Source of the DNA: Phoronis australis
Lineage: Eukaryota; Animalia; Phoronida
Direction: 5' to 3'
Assembly: GCA_002633005.1 (NCBI GenBank)
Contig: NMRA01000248.1
Span: 186,001-250,000 of the forward strand
Length of the DNA: 64,000 nt
Positions 25,819 through 40,400 of the stretch are shown piece by piece. Positions within the stretch are counted from its first letter, which is position 1; each line of letters starts with the position of its first letter. The position numbers and the translations under genes are program-made. Below the pieces are notes generated by a model that made no database searches, was not told where the DNA came from, and saw only the letters and a list, made by a program, of their open reading frames with translations.

Positions 25819-27622
25819 GGTATAGACTAACCTATCACAGCCTTCACATTCCGTCCGATCCGACAGAGGACGTCTGAAAACAATATCACGTGCACATTCG
25901 TCAAACGTCTGATCTGCTCTCCAATCGCCTGCCCCCAACACTTGCCTTCTTACCCTGAATAGCCTACGAAGTTTGCAATCAGTCTTTCTTCGTCCATGGT
26001 TGCCAGAATTTTGGATTTTTACACATTGATTTTATGCTAATTAATTGCAGGTAAGACGGTTCAAAGTAATATATCCTTTCGTCTACGACTTCCCTCCTTT
26101 TTCTCAAACTTTACGCACAAAAATTTCATTTTTTACAGTTGATTATCAAAACAATCATCTGTACGCACAAAAAATTGAAGTAGTGTCACTGACAATTCGT
26201 TATATTGGAGGTCTACACATTTTGTGGAGGGGGGGGTAAGCAAACACATGTTGTGTGACCGCACACCAGCCTGAGGTCTTACCTACATTTGGCAACCTGC
26301 TGCCTGCCAATGCGACGCTACTGATATTTTGGTTGGATTTATTCGAGAAGACAAACAAATCATAAATATTTACCAGGGTAATTCGCTTCGAATTTTGTCT
26401 TGTTTTCCAAAATTCATTTTTCCAAATGCAATACCTATGGTTAACAATTGTTCCATTATATTTACGGAAATCAGTACATCTGACACCATCAGCGCACACC
26501 CGAGCACGTCTGCACAAACTACATCAGGAACTAAACAGACACAGGTCCAAATTGTTCGCAATTAAAAGCCGACAGAGCCAAGCTATGACGAATGCACAAG
26601 CAATGTGTTCTGGATGTCAGCTATCTCTCGAACTAAGAGCTGAACAGATAATCGGTCGCCGCTGTGTACATCAGTGCTGTGGTGGGGTGTAGGCACATGT
26701 AGGCGCAGCCCACCACCCTTTGGCATTTGAGCGTAGCGCCTACACACAATAAGTTACTGAGTGGGGCGTGGGTGCACGTAAGCGCAGCCAACCATCTTTT
26801 TACACAACGAAGCGCCTATACGCACAGTACTAAAGTGACGGTATAGTGGGACCTAGCCTCGATGCAATAGCTTACGGCATCGATGCACTGCTACGCTGAC
26901 GACAGCATTTTTGCCGAATATTCCGGCGCGCGTGACCAGCAGTCCTGGACAATTTATTCAAAATGTTGTTGTGAACTTGGAGTGGCGTTAAAATTGACAA
27001 TGATCCTTATGAGCAGTCATTTTGCTCTATTCTGGGCATCTTGGACCCCAAAACGTGGGGCCGATGGGATCCGGGATAAGACAATGCGAGCACGAAGTCA
27101 GGCGTATATGCGATCGGTTCGGGCTGCTTCCCACAATTGTGTTTGGGCACCCCTTCAGAGACTGCTTAAAATGCACGCGGAGCTTTTTCTTCCTATGTGT
27201 GTGGTTGGGCCCTTTTCATTCTGCGACATCCTAGATTGATCGCCACTGCAGACTTGAAGTAAATACCCACCCGTGGCAAAAATAGACCTACATGTTTGTC
27301 AGTCATGTTTTGCGAATTAGATGGACTTTTAAAATACAGTGCTCAATGTGACACAGTGGACTTTAGGCTCCTACTTACCTCTAATTTTACTCGACTAGGC
27401 ACTGCTGTACACATGATTTACTCTTTGTTCCCGTTCCTCTAAAAAACTCAGTCAACAAAAATGCTCGGCACAGGAATCCGTACAGGGCCACTTTCCAGTA
27501 TAGGTGGCGCTGTGTCACAGGCTACAGGGACTTTCGCTATGTTTGCGCAACGGCAATTATGAGGGTTGTACGTGAACTGCTTAAAGATAGTTTGCATAAT
27601 GACATTTGCTAGCCGACATGTG

Positions 27623-27630
27623 TATTTAAA
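27623..27630 (+). promoter_or_regulatory. TATA-like box upstream of the signal-peptide exon
   Basis: TATTTAAA lies ~60 bp upstream of the CACC-ATG at 27686. Confidence 0.4.
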
Positions 27631-27685
27631 TGTACGCATGACAGAGAACAATTCACAAGTACTGTCTGACAAAAGCTGTTGCACC

Positions 27686-27758
27686 ATGTTCAGGTTAACC
27701 GCCATCTTCACGTTGATTTGCGTCGCGAATGCATTCATATATTACGGCTCAACAGACG
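27686..27758 (+). CDS. First coding exon of a small secreted protein (signal peptide); downstream exons ambiguous
   Basis: Kozak-like caccATG, the peptide MFRLTAIFTLICVANA-FIYYGSTD and a strong G|GTGAGT donor. Candidate later exons are 30942-31066/31078 and 32905-32994. Confidence 0.6.
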
Positions 27759-29938
27759 GTGAGTTTCACTTATTCTGGGGATATTTTAAAATCACTGATC
27801 ATTTCTTTAACACATAAGGCCGCCCAGATACAATGCTTTCTGAACGTAACTCTTAGTATTGTACCTTACATTTTTCGTAATAGACATTAAATAAATAAAA
27901 AACGAAAAATTCATCATGAATTACGTAATTTTAACTCTTTACATTGTGGCCTCAATAAAGCTGGTACACATGTAGGCCTACATCAGCAGTTTCAAAATAT
28001 AATTTACCTTTATAGAAACTAGTTAACTTTTTGAAAGTGAGGGAATTTCCATCATGTAATTGTTGTTTATGAGGTGACAAAAACCTAGTGGAATATTATG
28101 CTATTATTGTTTTGGGAAATAAATATCGTGAAAGTTAACCGTAAACTACGGGTAGCATAAAAAATCAAATAGAATCGATTACAAGGTTAAATGTACACGT
28201 ACTTGCTCTAAGGAATAAATACATAACTTTGAAGCGCATCAAGGTAAAGCAGAGAATTTGTTTTAAACTTTCACTCCCTTCCCACTTTGTGGAGCTTGAG
28301 ATTTTCATAATCCCAGTCCATCTAAGGATAGCTTTCGCACCAGTACTGTAGAAATGAATGTTCAGCAATGAGTGAATGGATCAGTAGTCGCGAAAGAAGT
28401 CGCCGTGATCCGGCTGTTAGTGTCAGTAACTCAAATAATGGCTAAGGGTCAGCGCTATGTAACGCTGCCAGCTGACCACAACAAACTTTACGATTTGATA
28501 TTTCTCAAGGACTACACATTGTTTACGATCATAATAAATGCAAATAAGGGCAATGATAGCGTACTCAATGGTTTAAGGGACGTAGGCGGTGTACACAACT
28601 TTATTTCCATTTGAACCTTCTAGCGTATATTCACCGCGACTAAGTCTGGATAATCTACATAAGTACCGTATCCATAAGCAGGTAAAGACTGGGCAGCGAA
28701 GTATTTCCTGAAACGCCTTGGAAAACGTGAACACAGTTGTCAAATCCGGTTTAAGGAACACTTTGCGATCACTTTAATGTACATCTAACAGTAGGACACT
28801 ATTTGGCGACCTGAAGGTCAATATGACTTCAGATTTCATTTGACGACCTGTTAAAAATCCCAAGTCGCCACAAAGTCGCCGTATAACATGAAAAAAATAG
28901 ATGGGAAAGCAAAAGTAAAGCTCCAATGAAGAACACTCTACAGCAAAATGTTCAGAATTCATAAATTTCTTAATGTTTTTCGTGGCTATAAAATGCGCCA
29001 CTTCTGATGCTTAATTTTAGCTAAACTTAAATTTAAGATAGGTGATGTTTTTAGCCGAGGTTGCTGACCCCAGTGAGTATTTTCATAAGGCCAACGGGTG
29101 AGTAAACTGACATTAATCGGAGGCAATGAAACACAAATAAAATGCGCGAAGTTGAACAGAACCACACCAGTTTATCCCAGACAACACATTTTAAAGTGTA
29201 CCGTTGAATCAGTATTGTCGTTAGAAGTTTTATCAATGGAAATACTTCTATTATGTGAATTTGTTTTTTTTGTTTTACGCAAAGCTCTGCGATCGAGGCC
29301 AGTGACTCGAACTCCCCAGATGTTAAACCCCTGACCTTAGTTATTTCTGGAAGACGGGAGAGAAATTAAAACCCATCTTAGTCTGCCAAAGTCCGGAAAT
29401 TCAGGAAATAATTTAACTCATCCACACGGCATTCCAGACCTTGATTTCGTTCTCGAATGCTTATTCTTATCTAGAAACGCTAATCTTATAATGTTGTCCG
29501 GCTCCTCCACTCTTTGCTCAAAGACATGCTCATACCGTCAGAGGATCAGTCTTTTCATTTTCCTGCCTGATTTGCACTGTACGTTCCCTGTGTCGGCCAT
29601 TTTCATTGCGCGGCCTAGCAAAGAAACAGCTGATGAGGTCGACGCCTCGATTGCAAGTAGCTTTGACTGCCACCTGTGACCGTAAGACCGATTGCGTCCC
29701 TTTAAAAACCTATTAGTAGGCAAAGTGTTTTGCATTGGAAGTTCAACAGGTTTTTACATTCCTAAGGACTTAAAACAGCTCTCCGATGTCTGTTTCTCAA
29801 TTTTTCTGTTGGTCTCAGCCAAAATTGAATGTTTTATCTGTTGTTTTTGAAATTTTTGTCTTGTGTCTTCTCGAGCAGACTACGGAACTCTATATTTGAC
29901 TTTAAGCTGCAGCCTGATCGTCTGACTTAAAGCCTGAA

Positions 29939-30751
29939 AGGCGAAGGCAACCTTTTCTTCATGTCATTTTAGCAAAAATAAGGTTCGTTGATTATCCCAA
30001 ACATATTTTTCACTTAATTACAGCTTTTTGTAACTTGATTAATTACTCGTCCTCTACTCCGGAAGTGACTTTTTGGGAGGCAAAATTTCGCGCCAATTTG
30101 GTTCTGTGTTGAGTTTACTGTGAGGATCTGTTCTTTTGTTTTCGTGCTGTTTTTCTAAAATTGCCGTCATCACTTCCCAACGACGAGTATTCTACGACAA
30201 GCTAGGCTGTTGGAGAACTCAATTACGTTGGACTTAGAAAATGTTTAGTTTGTAGTAACCTGAAAATTGCTGGAGTCGGCGACCTATATCACAGTGCCAG
30301 TAGTGACGTGAGTGACAGAGACACTGTTCATAGCAGTGGTGACGAGGAATTTTTTCACGGACAGTTAGTGGGTGGGTATATATTTGAGCCCGAGTATAAT
30401 GAGGCACAAGCACAGGCAGCTGTTGAGAGGGATGAGGCAGAGACTGAGGACAGACGCGGTGGGACGTCTTCGTGCAAATGCACGGTGTGGCATGTTGACT
30501 GACAAATAAGCAAACGACGACCGAACTTATCGCAACCGAGGTAGAACAATGGCTGACTCGACAGCTCTCACACTCATACTACATGAAAAGAAATTGGCGC
30601 AAAATTCTTGTCTCCCAAAACGTCACTATCGGAGTAGAGGACGAGTAATTAATTAAATTACAAAAAGCTGTAATTAAGTGAAAAATATGTCTGTGATAAT
30701 CGACGAAATTTATTTTTGTTAAAAATGTTGTGAAAAAGAATGCCTTCGCCT
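29939..30751. mobile_element. Non-autonomous Kolobok-type element with ~160 bp TIRs and a P2X7-C-terminal-like coding remnant
   Basis: Termini are AGGCGAAGGCA...TGCCTTCGCCT, flanked by TGAA and TTAA. Positions 29939-30099 are inverted against 30592-30751. The internal frame 30308-30502 reads GYIFEPEYNEAQ...RRGGTSSCKC. Confidence 0.75.
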
Positions 30752-33700
30752 TTAACCTGGTTGGCGTGAATAAGGCTAAGTCAGCCGTAAGCTAGCTAAA
30801 GTCACGTTTATCCAAAGGTCAAAATACAAAATCCTGCTAAGTTTTCGAGGAATAGGCCAACACGCGATGGCCGAGATTACGGCACCATTTACACATGCAC
30901 GAGGCAAAATACACTGGCACGTTGAACATCTGACTTTGTAGATTTTATCAAGACACTTCCTGGACTCAATAATTTACCGGGACCCCGCCCAGCAGGATAT
31001 GGACATCAGAAACGCGACAAGACCTTGGAACCTTTGTTCACTTTTGGAAAAGACAAGACTGAAAGCGTGACGAATTGAAGCGCCGTCACATAATGCTGGA
31101 CATACTCGAGAGTACGCGCTTTATCGGCCTTTACAAACCAACATAACTTTCAACAGCTGTATCAGTTGCTCTTCCAAAGCAATGCCACCACCAAGGTCTT
31201 TATCCTTTTTTCATTTGAAATGACGGTTACAATTGGGTAAATCCCCTGCCATTCCTCTGGCGGTCACACTGCCTTGGGGACAGAAAATAAGCCGCCGTGA
31301 CAAACAAGTCAAGTATAGTTTCCTTACATGCAATGTTACCTTCTAAACGATAAACACTCTGCGAGTAATGTGCTATGTTCCACGGCCTGTTTCTCGGCTT
31401 TTGATTTTCGGCCAAAAAGTGTTTATGAAACGCCTAATTAGTAGCCTATTTCACGGAAAGCAGACTAGGCTGAAAATCAGAAATTCGGCCAACAATTCGA
31501 AGTAAAAAGACGTAGGTCGTAGCATAATCGCCTAAATAGAAGACATTTCGAAAAATCCGAAGAAAAAGGTTCAACTATTGGCTATTCGTAGTCAGATGAA
31601 TGAGTTTTGGTTAAAGACAAATGTCGATATGTCCCATCGAGAAACTGGTACCTGATCGACGTACGCGTATCCATTTATGCTGGTTTTCGTAATCCAAAGT
31701 CCACCTGGCGTGGTGTTCATATCGCCGTCTGGTGCTTATTCTGAAATAAAACCATGTGATCAAAATGATTTACCCAGACAGAACCGAGCGAGGAAACTGA
31801 CTTGAAAATGCATATATCTATTTGTCAGCATGGTTCGTAAAAGGATTTGGTAAGAACACCACTGCAATTCCATCACGCCGGCTTCCAAAATCCAAAATAC
31901 AACAAAAACTATAACTTTCGAGACACGGGAATAAAATGAGCTGTAAAAGTTGTGGTTTCACCAATATCTAGATAAAGTTTAGCCTCGGTGTGACAGGTCT
32001 TAGATTTATTCTGCAAGGTCACACAAAGCAGTCATGGCATTCACGTGCCCGTTTTAACTTTATACAGAAGCCTAGTATAGTAAATGAGTGCAATACCCCT
32101 GTCCTGGAATGGAAGACGACAGGGAAAGGCGTCAATCGAATTTCCAGTTACCCAACACGCCTCAAATCCGCCATTTATTGCATTATTTAATACTTCACAC
32201 TTTGTTAATTGTTGCAGTGCTGGTCTCTCTTTTTTACATTACATGGACATCATTATCTTGTTTGCCCTTAAAATATAGCAAAACTTTATCGTTGTACGGT
32301 GAGTTGCATTGCTGACGTCCATATACGGCGGAAATTTCAAAGCCGCTTGCTCTTTGTATGGATGCGCAAGGTCTTTGCTTGTACGAGTATAGTCTGACTC
32401 AAAGTACACTCTTCCGAAGCGTAAGTGGACTCATCAATTAATCACAACCCATTTCAAGTTAGAAACTTCCAACACTGCAATACTGAGTGAAATGTCTACG
32501 ACCCAAGTACTACCTTATAAGGGGCTATTCTATTGTAAAAACTTGTGGACGTGGCGCCGACAGCAATTGTTTTGTCAAACGGGTGACCGGAGGGAGTGCA
32601 TTCCCTTTTGGTTCCTTTAAATCCGTATGCATTTTGTCCATTTGAAAGTATCAAATTTCACGGATCACGTTGTGTTCTTCAAATTTCCGCAAAACATAAC
32701 ATCGCATATTTTTAGAGAGATCTAATAACGCCTTTGTTTCCAGTGCAGTAAATAATCACTATGTACGGATAATTTTTATTGCACGTGTTTTCAATTCGTA
32801 AGATTAGTTATTTAAGCTGTCACTGTGGTCGTTAAGTAAAATTTTAGAATGATATCGCTTTGAGGCGCACATCAGTAACTTTCTTGTATTACTTATTTTT
32901 TCAGAGTGGACCGTTGAAGTGGAAGCAACGATATAGAATGAACTCGGGCAAACGATTTCTTTTTTCGAGCCTCATCGGAGACAATCTGTTTTAAAATTAT
33001 CATGAGTGATCTCTGTCGTGATAATTGTTAATACATCGCTTTCTCTTTCGATTTTCCCTTATTTTACATTGTATACATTTATGCTGCAAAATAAACTCGA
33101 ACAATCGACCAATTCTATGTTGTTTCTGATCTGCTAAAGGGTGACTTTCCCGAAACAGGTCTCAAAGTTTTTCTAATAATTTTCCTTTAAAAACACAAGC
33201 TTCACATTTGACAGCCATCATTTTTCAGTATTAAGGTCACGGTGATGTTGAACGTTTTTAATGCCAGCGTTTGGGCGGCGTCACAACACACGCGTCCTCA
33301 GCTTCTCTGGTCGCCTCAAATCCAATACACTACAAATACTACAAGGTACGACCCTCGGGACTAGGAATTCCACGGGTGCTTCACTTCAGCCGCCCATATC
33401 AAACACATAACTTAATAAATTTAAACAAAAAGGGGTTCAACAAACCATGAGCAATTGTTATTTCTTCAAATAGCATTTACGGTGTCCTGCTCCAGCGAGT
33501 TCGCAACAAATTCGCCCTCAATAGGAATTTATCGGTGCTCACATGGTTCGGGCTGTGCCGCTAAATTAGTGTTACTTATTCGCCGCTTGGGGCGCTATTT
33601 CTTCGACCGACAACCATTGCGGCGAATGGCAAGATGGCGGAGTGATCTCTCCTATTCTTCGTATACTTCTTGGTTACAGTAAAATTGCATAAAAAGTAGA

Positions 33701-36700
33701 AAACAACACTGGATGTCTTATGAACTCAAGTGTTTTCATGCCGCGGAATGCTCAACAAGTAGCACACATTTGCACTCATCCGTTATTGAACTTGATCACC
33801 ACTTCATCACGCTGTACATTGCGCTTTCTTGTTTATTTTTGTACAACTTTTTAATATGTTGGAACAGCAATAGAAAAAAGTTTATTTTGGGATCAACAAC
33901 AGCAATGGTTTGAGAAGATTTTAACGTCACCGATGCATGAAAACTGCATGCACATAGCTAGGATTGGTTGTAGCCTCTACAGTGATCATTCCGTGATTGA
34001 TGTCACAGTCGAAGTTCGTGAAAGTCGTAATCATATGATTTCGAAGTTACAGCTTTCCGAGCCCGTGGGTTTAGACATACAATACCGCGTATTTCGCGTC
34101 TTTACTGCAAGGGTTAGATACTCTGAAAATAAAATCCCCGGAGTAACAGCTCTTCGGTGTAACAACTCACTCACCCTGAAGAAAAAATCCAGGTGGTAAT
34201 AATTGCGTTCTCATCGATGGCGTTAAAAATAAAGCAGTGATTCAAAGAGAATATCTTACAAAAAGAAACGCATAGAATATCCAGTTCTACTACAGAGATT
34301 TCAAAAACAAAATTCAATTTGTCACGGGATGCTTGGTTCCCATATTTACGCAAAAGTTAAAAGACAGCGTGAATTCAAATTTCTTGACAGAAAAGTTACA
34401 AAAATACATCGCTTTACTCATTGATACGAATTTATTGTACTGTAGTTGACAACAGACTTACATCTGTTGCTTCGGCTTTAATTCCTTTATTACGAGGTTT
34501 CCTCTGCTTTTGGTTTCGTTCTTCGTTAAGACTAGAGATATAACATATACCAGCGAAATATTCATATCTCCATCTCGGATGGTGAGTCGGGAGGCAGAAC
34601 TTAATCAAAGCATCACACGATTCAACAATGTTTTAACAACTGTATAGGTATGATTTCTAACTGGACAGGCGAAGCACACCTGGCTATTAGACTTAAAACT
34701 ACACGGTCAAGTGTTTGACGTTCATGGCAATTCGTTTATTACAAGCACGGAGATACGATGACGCTAAATTGCATAATAAGACAGACGAGTTATCGCACGG
34801 AGCCATCAACAAACAACAAAACGTTTAAAAATAAACCAATTCCTCGCTCAATAATCAGATAAAACGTGCCAACATTTTGAGAACCAATGTTCTAAGGGAA
34901 TGTGCTGTAGTTCATTGCTCAGAGATAAGCTGCTCAGGTTTCAGCCCATATCTCCGACGACCTACCACTTGAAAAAACAATACTCAGAAAGAACACTCGT
35001 ACTCCAAAAAAGTACTACTCCGAAAAAATTGCGCAGCTCCAAATATGAACGCGTTTGTTTCATTTAAAAACTTTAATATGATGCGCTATCTTTTGGGGTC
35101 AAGAGAACTTCTAAGGAAATATGATGCAGCAGTCGTAAACTACTAAGAGTAGAAATTGCAGAAGCAATTCATTAGACTTCAATGTCGAATGTTTAGGTTT
35201 TTTGCGTGAGCATTTTGATACTAAGTAAAAAATTAATAACCCATACGCGATATAGGGAGAAAAGTAAAAAAGGTCGAGAAAAAAAAATAAAAAACATTTC
35301 ATAGTAATGTGTTTTTTGTAGTGTGCTTTCGGAGTAGTGATTTGTTACCCTTCCCACGATTGGATGTCCGTTATTCAATGAAGTGTCTGTAAGCATATAG
35401 CGAATATCATATAGATGAAAATATTCGGGGCGAATAGAAGTTATCTATAATTTCATGTCATTACTAGCATCTCTTGGTTGATTATTTGCGACTAGTGGGT
35501 CGTTTTTCAACTGCAGAATCAAGGCTTTTGTTACTGCGTACCATAGCATTTTAGTTTGCGTTCTTTCCAAAAATCCTCATGGAAATAAATACTGAACTAC
35601 TATTCCCCGAAATTTTGTTCTCAATGAACGGTGAAGACTTTATCAGATGAATACATGTGTATGACTCTGTTGTACACAAACTTTCTCTTGTACTATGCAC
35701 ACATGTTCGCATTAATTCAACCGATATTATAATAGTCGTATGCATTAAGAACGTACACCGTAAGTAGTATGTCGCAAACTTTATTAATATAAATTTGAAC
35801 AGTAGTTCATCACGTTCAATTAATTATGGCAGGTACCTGGCCGCACACGACTCCGAAAACTCTTGAAAACGCTTCCTGTCCACTTGTGCACAATGTAGGC
35901 ACTGAACGTTTGCCAAAATCGTTAGCTTATACTCAAGAATGAAACGCCGTAATCACCGCCGTTAGGAGGTGAAAATACGACTATTTGTACGCATAGTTAC
36001 TGCACTTTTGTGAACATGCCGAAAAGCTGATTTCACGGTAGCCCCTACATCGCTCCCGAGGATTTTCGATAACACGTTCTCATGCTGGGCGTTTGTTTAG
36101 GATCGGGCGCATCTTCGGAAACTGAAAGTTCTTTTTCCAGCACTGAAGCCACAATAGAAGTAATTCGCGCCTTAGGGACGCGACGGGACTCTATTATCTT
36201 GCGTGGTGACTGGAAAACGCAGAACACTGGCTGAAGCCTACATCATTGTATAGATCAAGACTGAGTGATTTATATTTGATTTTTGCCCCCGAGATGCAGC
36301 CAATATCATACAGTACTCGTGACCGTCATGAGTCACTAAAAATCAAATGTATAGAAAACTTTCACATCTTTTTATCCAAAACTGGTTGCATGTCTATAAT
36401 CCAATGTTCAATACTTACCAATCGCCTTCAAACAATGAATTAGAGGCGTTAAACAATCGATGTGAACTCATGTAACAGAGACACTACATGTGATGTAGGT
36501 TGACCCTGTGCCGAGACGAATCGTCACGCAACGGGACAACGTATTACGCAACTGTTACGCTGGCCTAAAAGTAGCAGCCGACTAGCGGGTCGGCTGATGG
36601 CCGGTCGGCAATCAGGGTCGGCTGTACAGTCNGTGGGTTGCCATATGAGTCGGCGCTGCCGCCGGTTGCCGGTCGACTAAAAATTAGCCGACGGTCGGGC

Positions 36701-37493
36701 AAAATTCGTGATGTGAGCTATATATCTCTTGGTTTAATTTTGTGATGATTCCACTGAACTGCATTGACAACTGTACAATATCGCAACGCTGCAATTCCAA
36801 CAAACAAGTAATTGGTTGAAAGGTTTTACATCGTTTCCGCCTGTGGCAGACAATCTCCTACCTAAGCCCTATTTATCCGTCTATTTGTTCGGCCTTACTG
36901 TAGCACGAGTCCACCATGAGCATCACTGACCAGTTATTTTATCAGCTGTTTGACAAACAATCACTGCCGACAGCAGGGCGGGGAACTTAACACGCAGTGA
37001 AATGCTATATTGACTACATGTAGTGAATATTTCAGTTATGTTCCTTTTTCTCAATTGGCATTGAAAAACGAGAGATTGAACATCGTTGATTATTTCACTG
37101 GTCAATTTCAATTTTAAATAAATGATGAAGTATTGGTTTTTAAAATTCGTTTGATCAACATAAGCTTAACCAAAGAATTTTCCTACTTAGTTCAATATTC
37201 CAGGTTTCAAAATAAAAATTGAACTGGAACCCGCTATGGATCAAAAGAGCACCTGAGACTGTCCTAATTTGAGCTTGTGTCGCTCGCTATTCGTGCGTTT
37301 CAACCCACTCATTGCAAGAGAGGTTATGCGTTCTTTGCCACCCTGTAAATTGTCAACCTTGTATTGTTCGGCCGTTATGTATTCTTTTGTGAGCGAGTAC
37401 CCCAGATCAACCTCACGTGTTGAGTGTTCATTATCGTTTTGGGGACCTTGAAAGAACACACGGGAATAGCAGCTCGGGTACCGTGAGGCGTCG

Positions 37494-40400
37494 ATGATGC
37501 TTCGCTCGGTTTTTGTTTTAGCGTTGTGGTTTTGCTTTACCCAGTCGGCCTTTCCACCGTTGACGAGGAGAAAGTTGTGCGAAATTAAGGAAAAACTTGT
37601 TGAGGTATGTTGATTTTTTCATTAGTTCTCTCAATTGATTATTACCATGGGCGCACCAACGATGAATTTATTCAGTGAAAGGTCCGCGTACCGAAAAATT
37701 CGAGCCCCCCGCCTATAATATAGGCTGGGTGCGCGCATCATTACTTACTTTGCCTTCTCATCCTACAAGTTCTTGAGCAAATACACACGAATAAATTATA
37801 TCATCAAGAGTGCAGTTTCGTAACCCTACTTTACACTAGTTATCGAAAAATGCCCTTTTCCAAACACAGGCTTAGACACGATCTTTCTCAGGTCATATCT
37901 CAGCAAACGTTCNGGCCCCCCCCCCCCCCCCCCGAAGTCCCCCCCCGGGTGCGCCCATGTATTTTAGTTCTAAAACTTACGTGGTCAATAAAATTAAAAT
38001 TATTTATCTCAAAAGCGAGCAACGTGGTTGGTTTGTGGTTAGATTTCTTAATTTCTTAATTTTAAACGTTGACCTTGTTTTATAAGTCGCATACCGCAGC
38101 AAAGCCTGGTGAAGTAATATTCAAAATCTCTGCGTTTTACAAAGCGAAGCGTCCTGTACCGCACAAAAGAAGACCTGCATCTGCATATATAGCCCCATTG
38201 TATGATCTGTATAGGCCTACAGTCAATTGACCGACAATAAAACTTAGCCTGTTTGTCATCCCGGTTTCAATCCACGGCGGTCACGTTAAGTCGCCTGCGG
38301 TCCTGTTTTTTGCTGGGGCGGTCATGGTTTTAGGTGCGTCGGTCCCATTTGATCCCCGTAGGTCCTGTTTTGGGGTAAGTGGGTCAGATTTGGAGAACCG
38401 GCGGTCATGTTGTTTTTCACCTGTTTATTGCCCTCCCTATCATTCCGTATCTAATTTACCTTGTGTGACCTATTGCCCAGCTCAGCACAAGATAACTGAC
38501 TTTCACTTAGGGAACTGCTTTCTCAGTTCACGAAGTCATTCACAACTGTTGCTATTATGGTGAAACAATTAACTTGCATGTTTTCTGAAAATAGAAAGAT
38601 CGTAGAATTGAATACTCTACTCAACACAAATCTGCCTTCACATGAACATGTTTTCTTTGACTAGAATTTAGCAAAGAAACAATGATGCAGAAAAGATAAA
38701 TCAGCATGGCCAAATTTCATTTTACACATATATCAGTTTTCTAACTGCCCTTTTTTATTTTGTGCATCTTTTAAAATGAAAACCGATATTTTCATAAAAA
38801 TCTTTAATTAAAGCCACGTACTTTTAACCTGGAGGCAAAGGTTAATATTGAAATTGAGAACAGTATGAACGGGTAAACCTTTAGTGGGCAGGCAAATTTA
38901 GATTTTAGATTCACCGCTTGAAAATCGACATTCATTTGCCAATCACAAATGAAAGACACGAGGTTGTTAGTTTTAAAATACATGTATTATATCTAAAATA
39001 AACCGTCTTTACAAACATAACATACTTCTTGAACAAAATTGAGGTTTATAAATAATTGAGTCAGAGCATCACTTTCCAAATCACTGTGAAGACAGGATAT
39101 ACAAGAAGTCATAAAAATGTAATACTAATAGACAAAAGCAAAAAGTAAATATTCGCAGGCAGGATAAGGTGCCGAACCTGTCCAAAATTATCATCAGTGG
39201 CAGATCTAGGATTCGAATGAATCCAAGGCGCGAGTAACATTTTTGATGGTTTTTTAGAAGTTGATTTCATTTTTCTGGCGGAATTTAGTTCAACTTTTAT
39301 TTTTGATCCTGTCCCGAGGGGGGGCGTTTGAACCCCCTGAACCCCCCTGTGGATCCGCCTCTGACCATGTACCAATATGCACAGCGTCACATAGCATAAA
39401 CATAAGATTTTTGTCAGAGTTGCTATGCAGTCAGTAACTACTGTGTATAACACTATGTACTATGGGAAGAACTTCGTACGGAAACTTAGAAGTCTCTTAT
39501 ATATCTATGAAATGAAAATATAATATCTACAAAAATACTACAGAGAACAACTATACGGAAGCGTGCGCGCAANGGTTGCTCGGGGTGCTCGAATGAGCCC
39601 CCATTTGGTGAAGTGGACAAAAAGGTCAGCCTCAGAGAAATAAAAAGTCCAAGAAAACGAGTCAAAAGTCCACTGAAAAGGCGCAGACGCACAGTTCACA
39701 GCTCTGAAGGTGGTAACCTGTTTTTTTTAGTCCTACAGCTTTTTTGTTAGCAACTTGGTCAGAAATGCGAGCCCCCCCATACTAAAGGCTGGGTACTACG
39801 CGCATGGGAAGGACATCCACAATCTCTCTGAAATAATAACACCGCAAAATGTCATACAAAATATAAACCACGTACACAAATCAGGTAAGCAACTTAGTCT
39901 ACAAAATGTAAGTGCCAGTAAGAAGACCTAGCTCACCACCATATCGAATTTGTTCAACATTCTATCGGTGATCAAAAGGATAAATAACATTTGTGTCTGC
40001 GACGTCAGGAAACGATAGTCTCGCATCTACTCAGTAAATGCATTTAAGCCCAAGGCTCTTGTTTCATAAACGTTTAAGTCTACAAACCAGTAGCGGGTTT
40101 AAGGGGGGTGGGGTGCAAGAGGGCCATGCTCCACCCCTCATTATTGTCCACTAATAAACCCGGGTGCAGGTCAGGTTCCAGAGGCAAACAATCCCACGGA
40201 TGATAACAATTCCTAGACTGGCTAGCTTAGACATCATCGCATCAAAATAAAAAAAATTAATATACTCAAACAGAAATAATGAAATCAAAAGTAAAAACAG
40301 CACCCGGGCGTGGATTTCGTTCGACGAAACTGTAATCGACACAGGGACGACCAGGGAAGCGTACAGCGTTCAACGTAGCGACCGGGTGTGACGACTTCGT

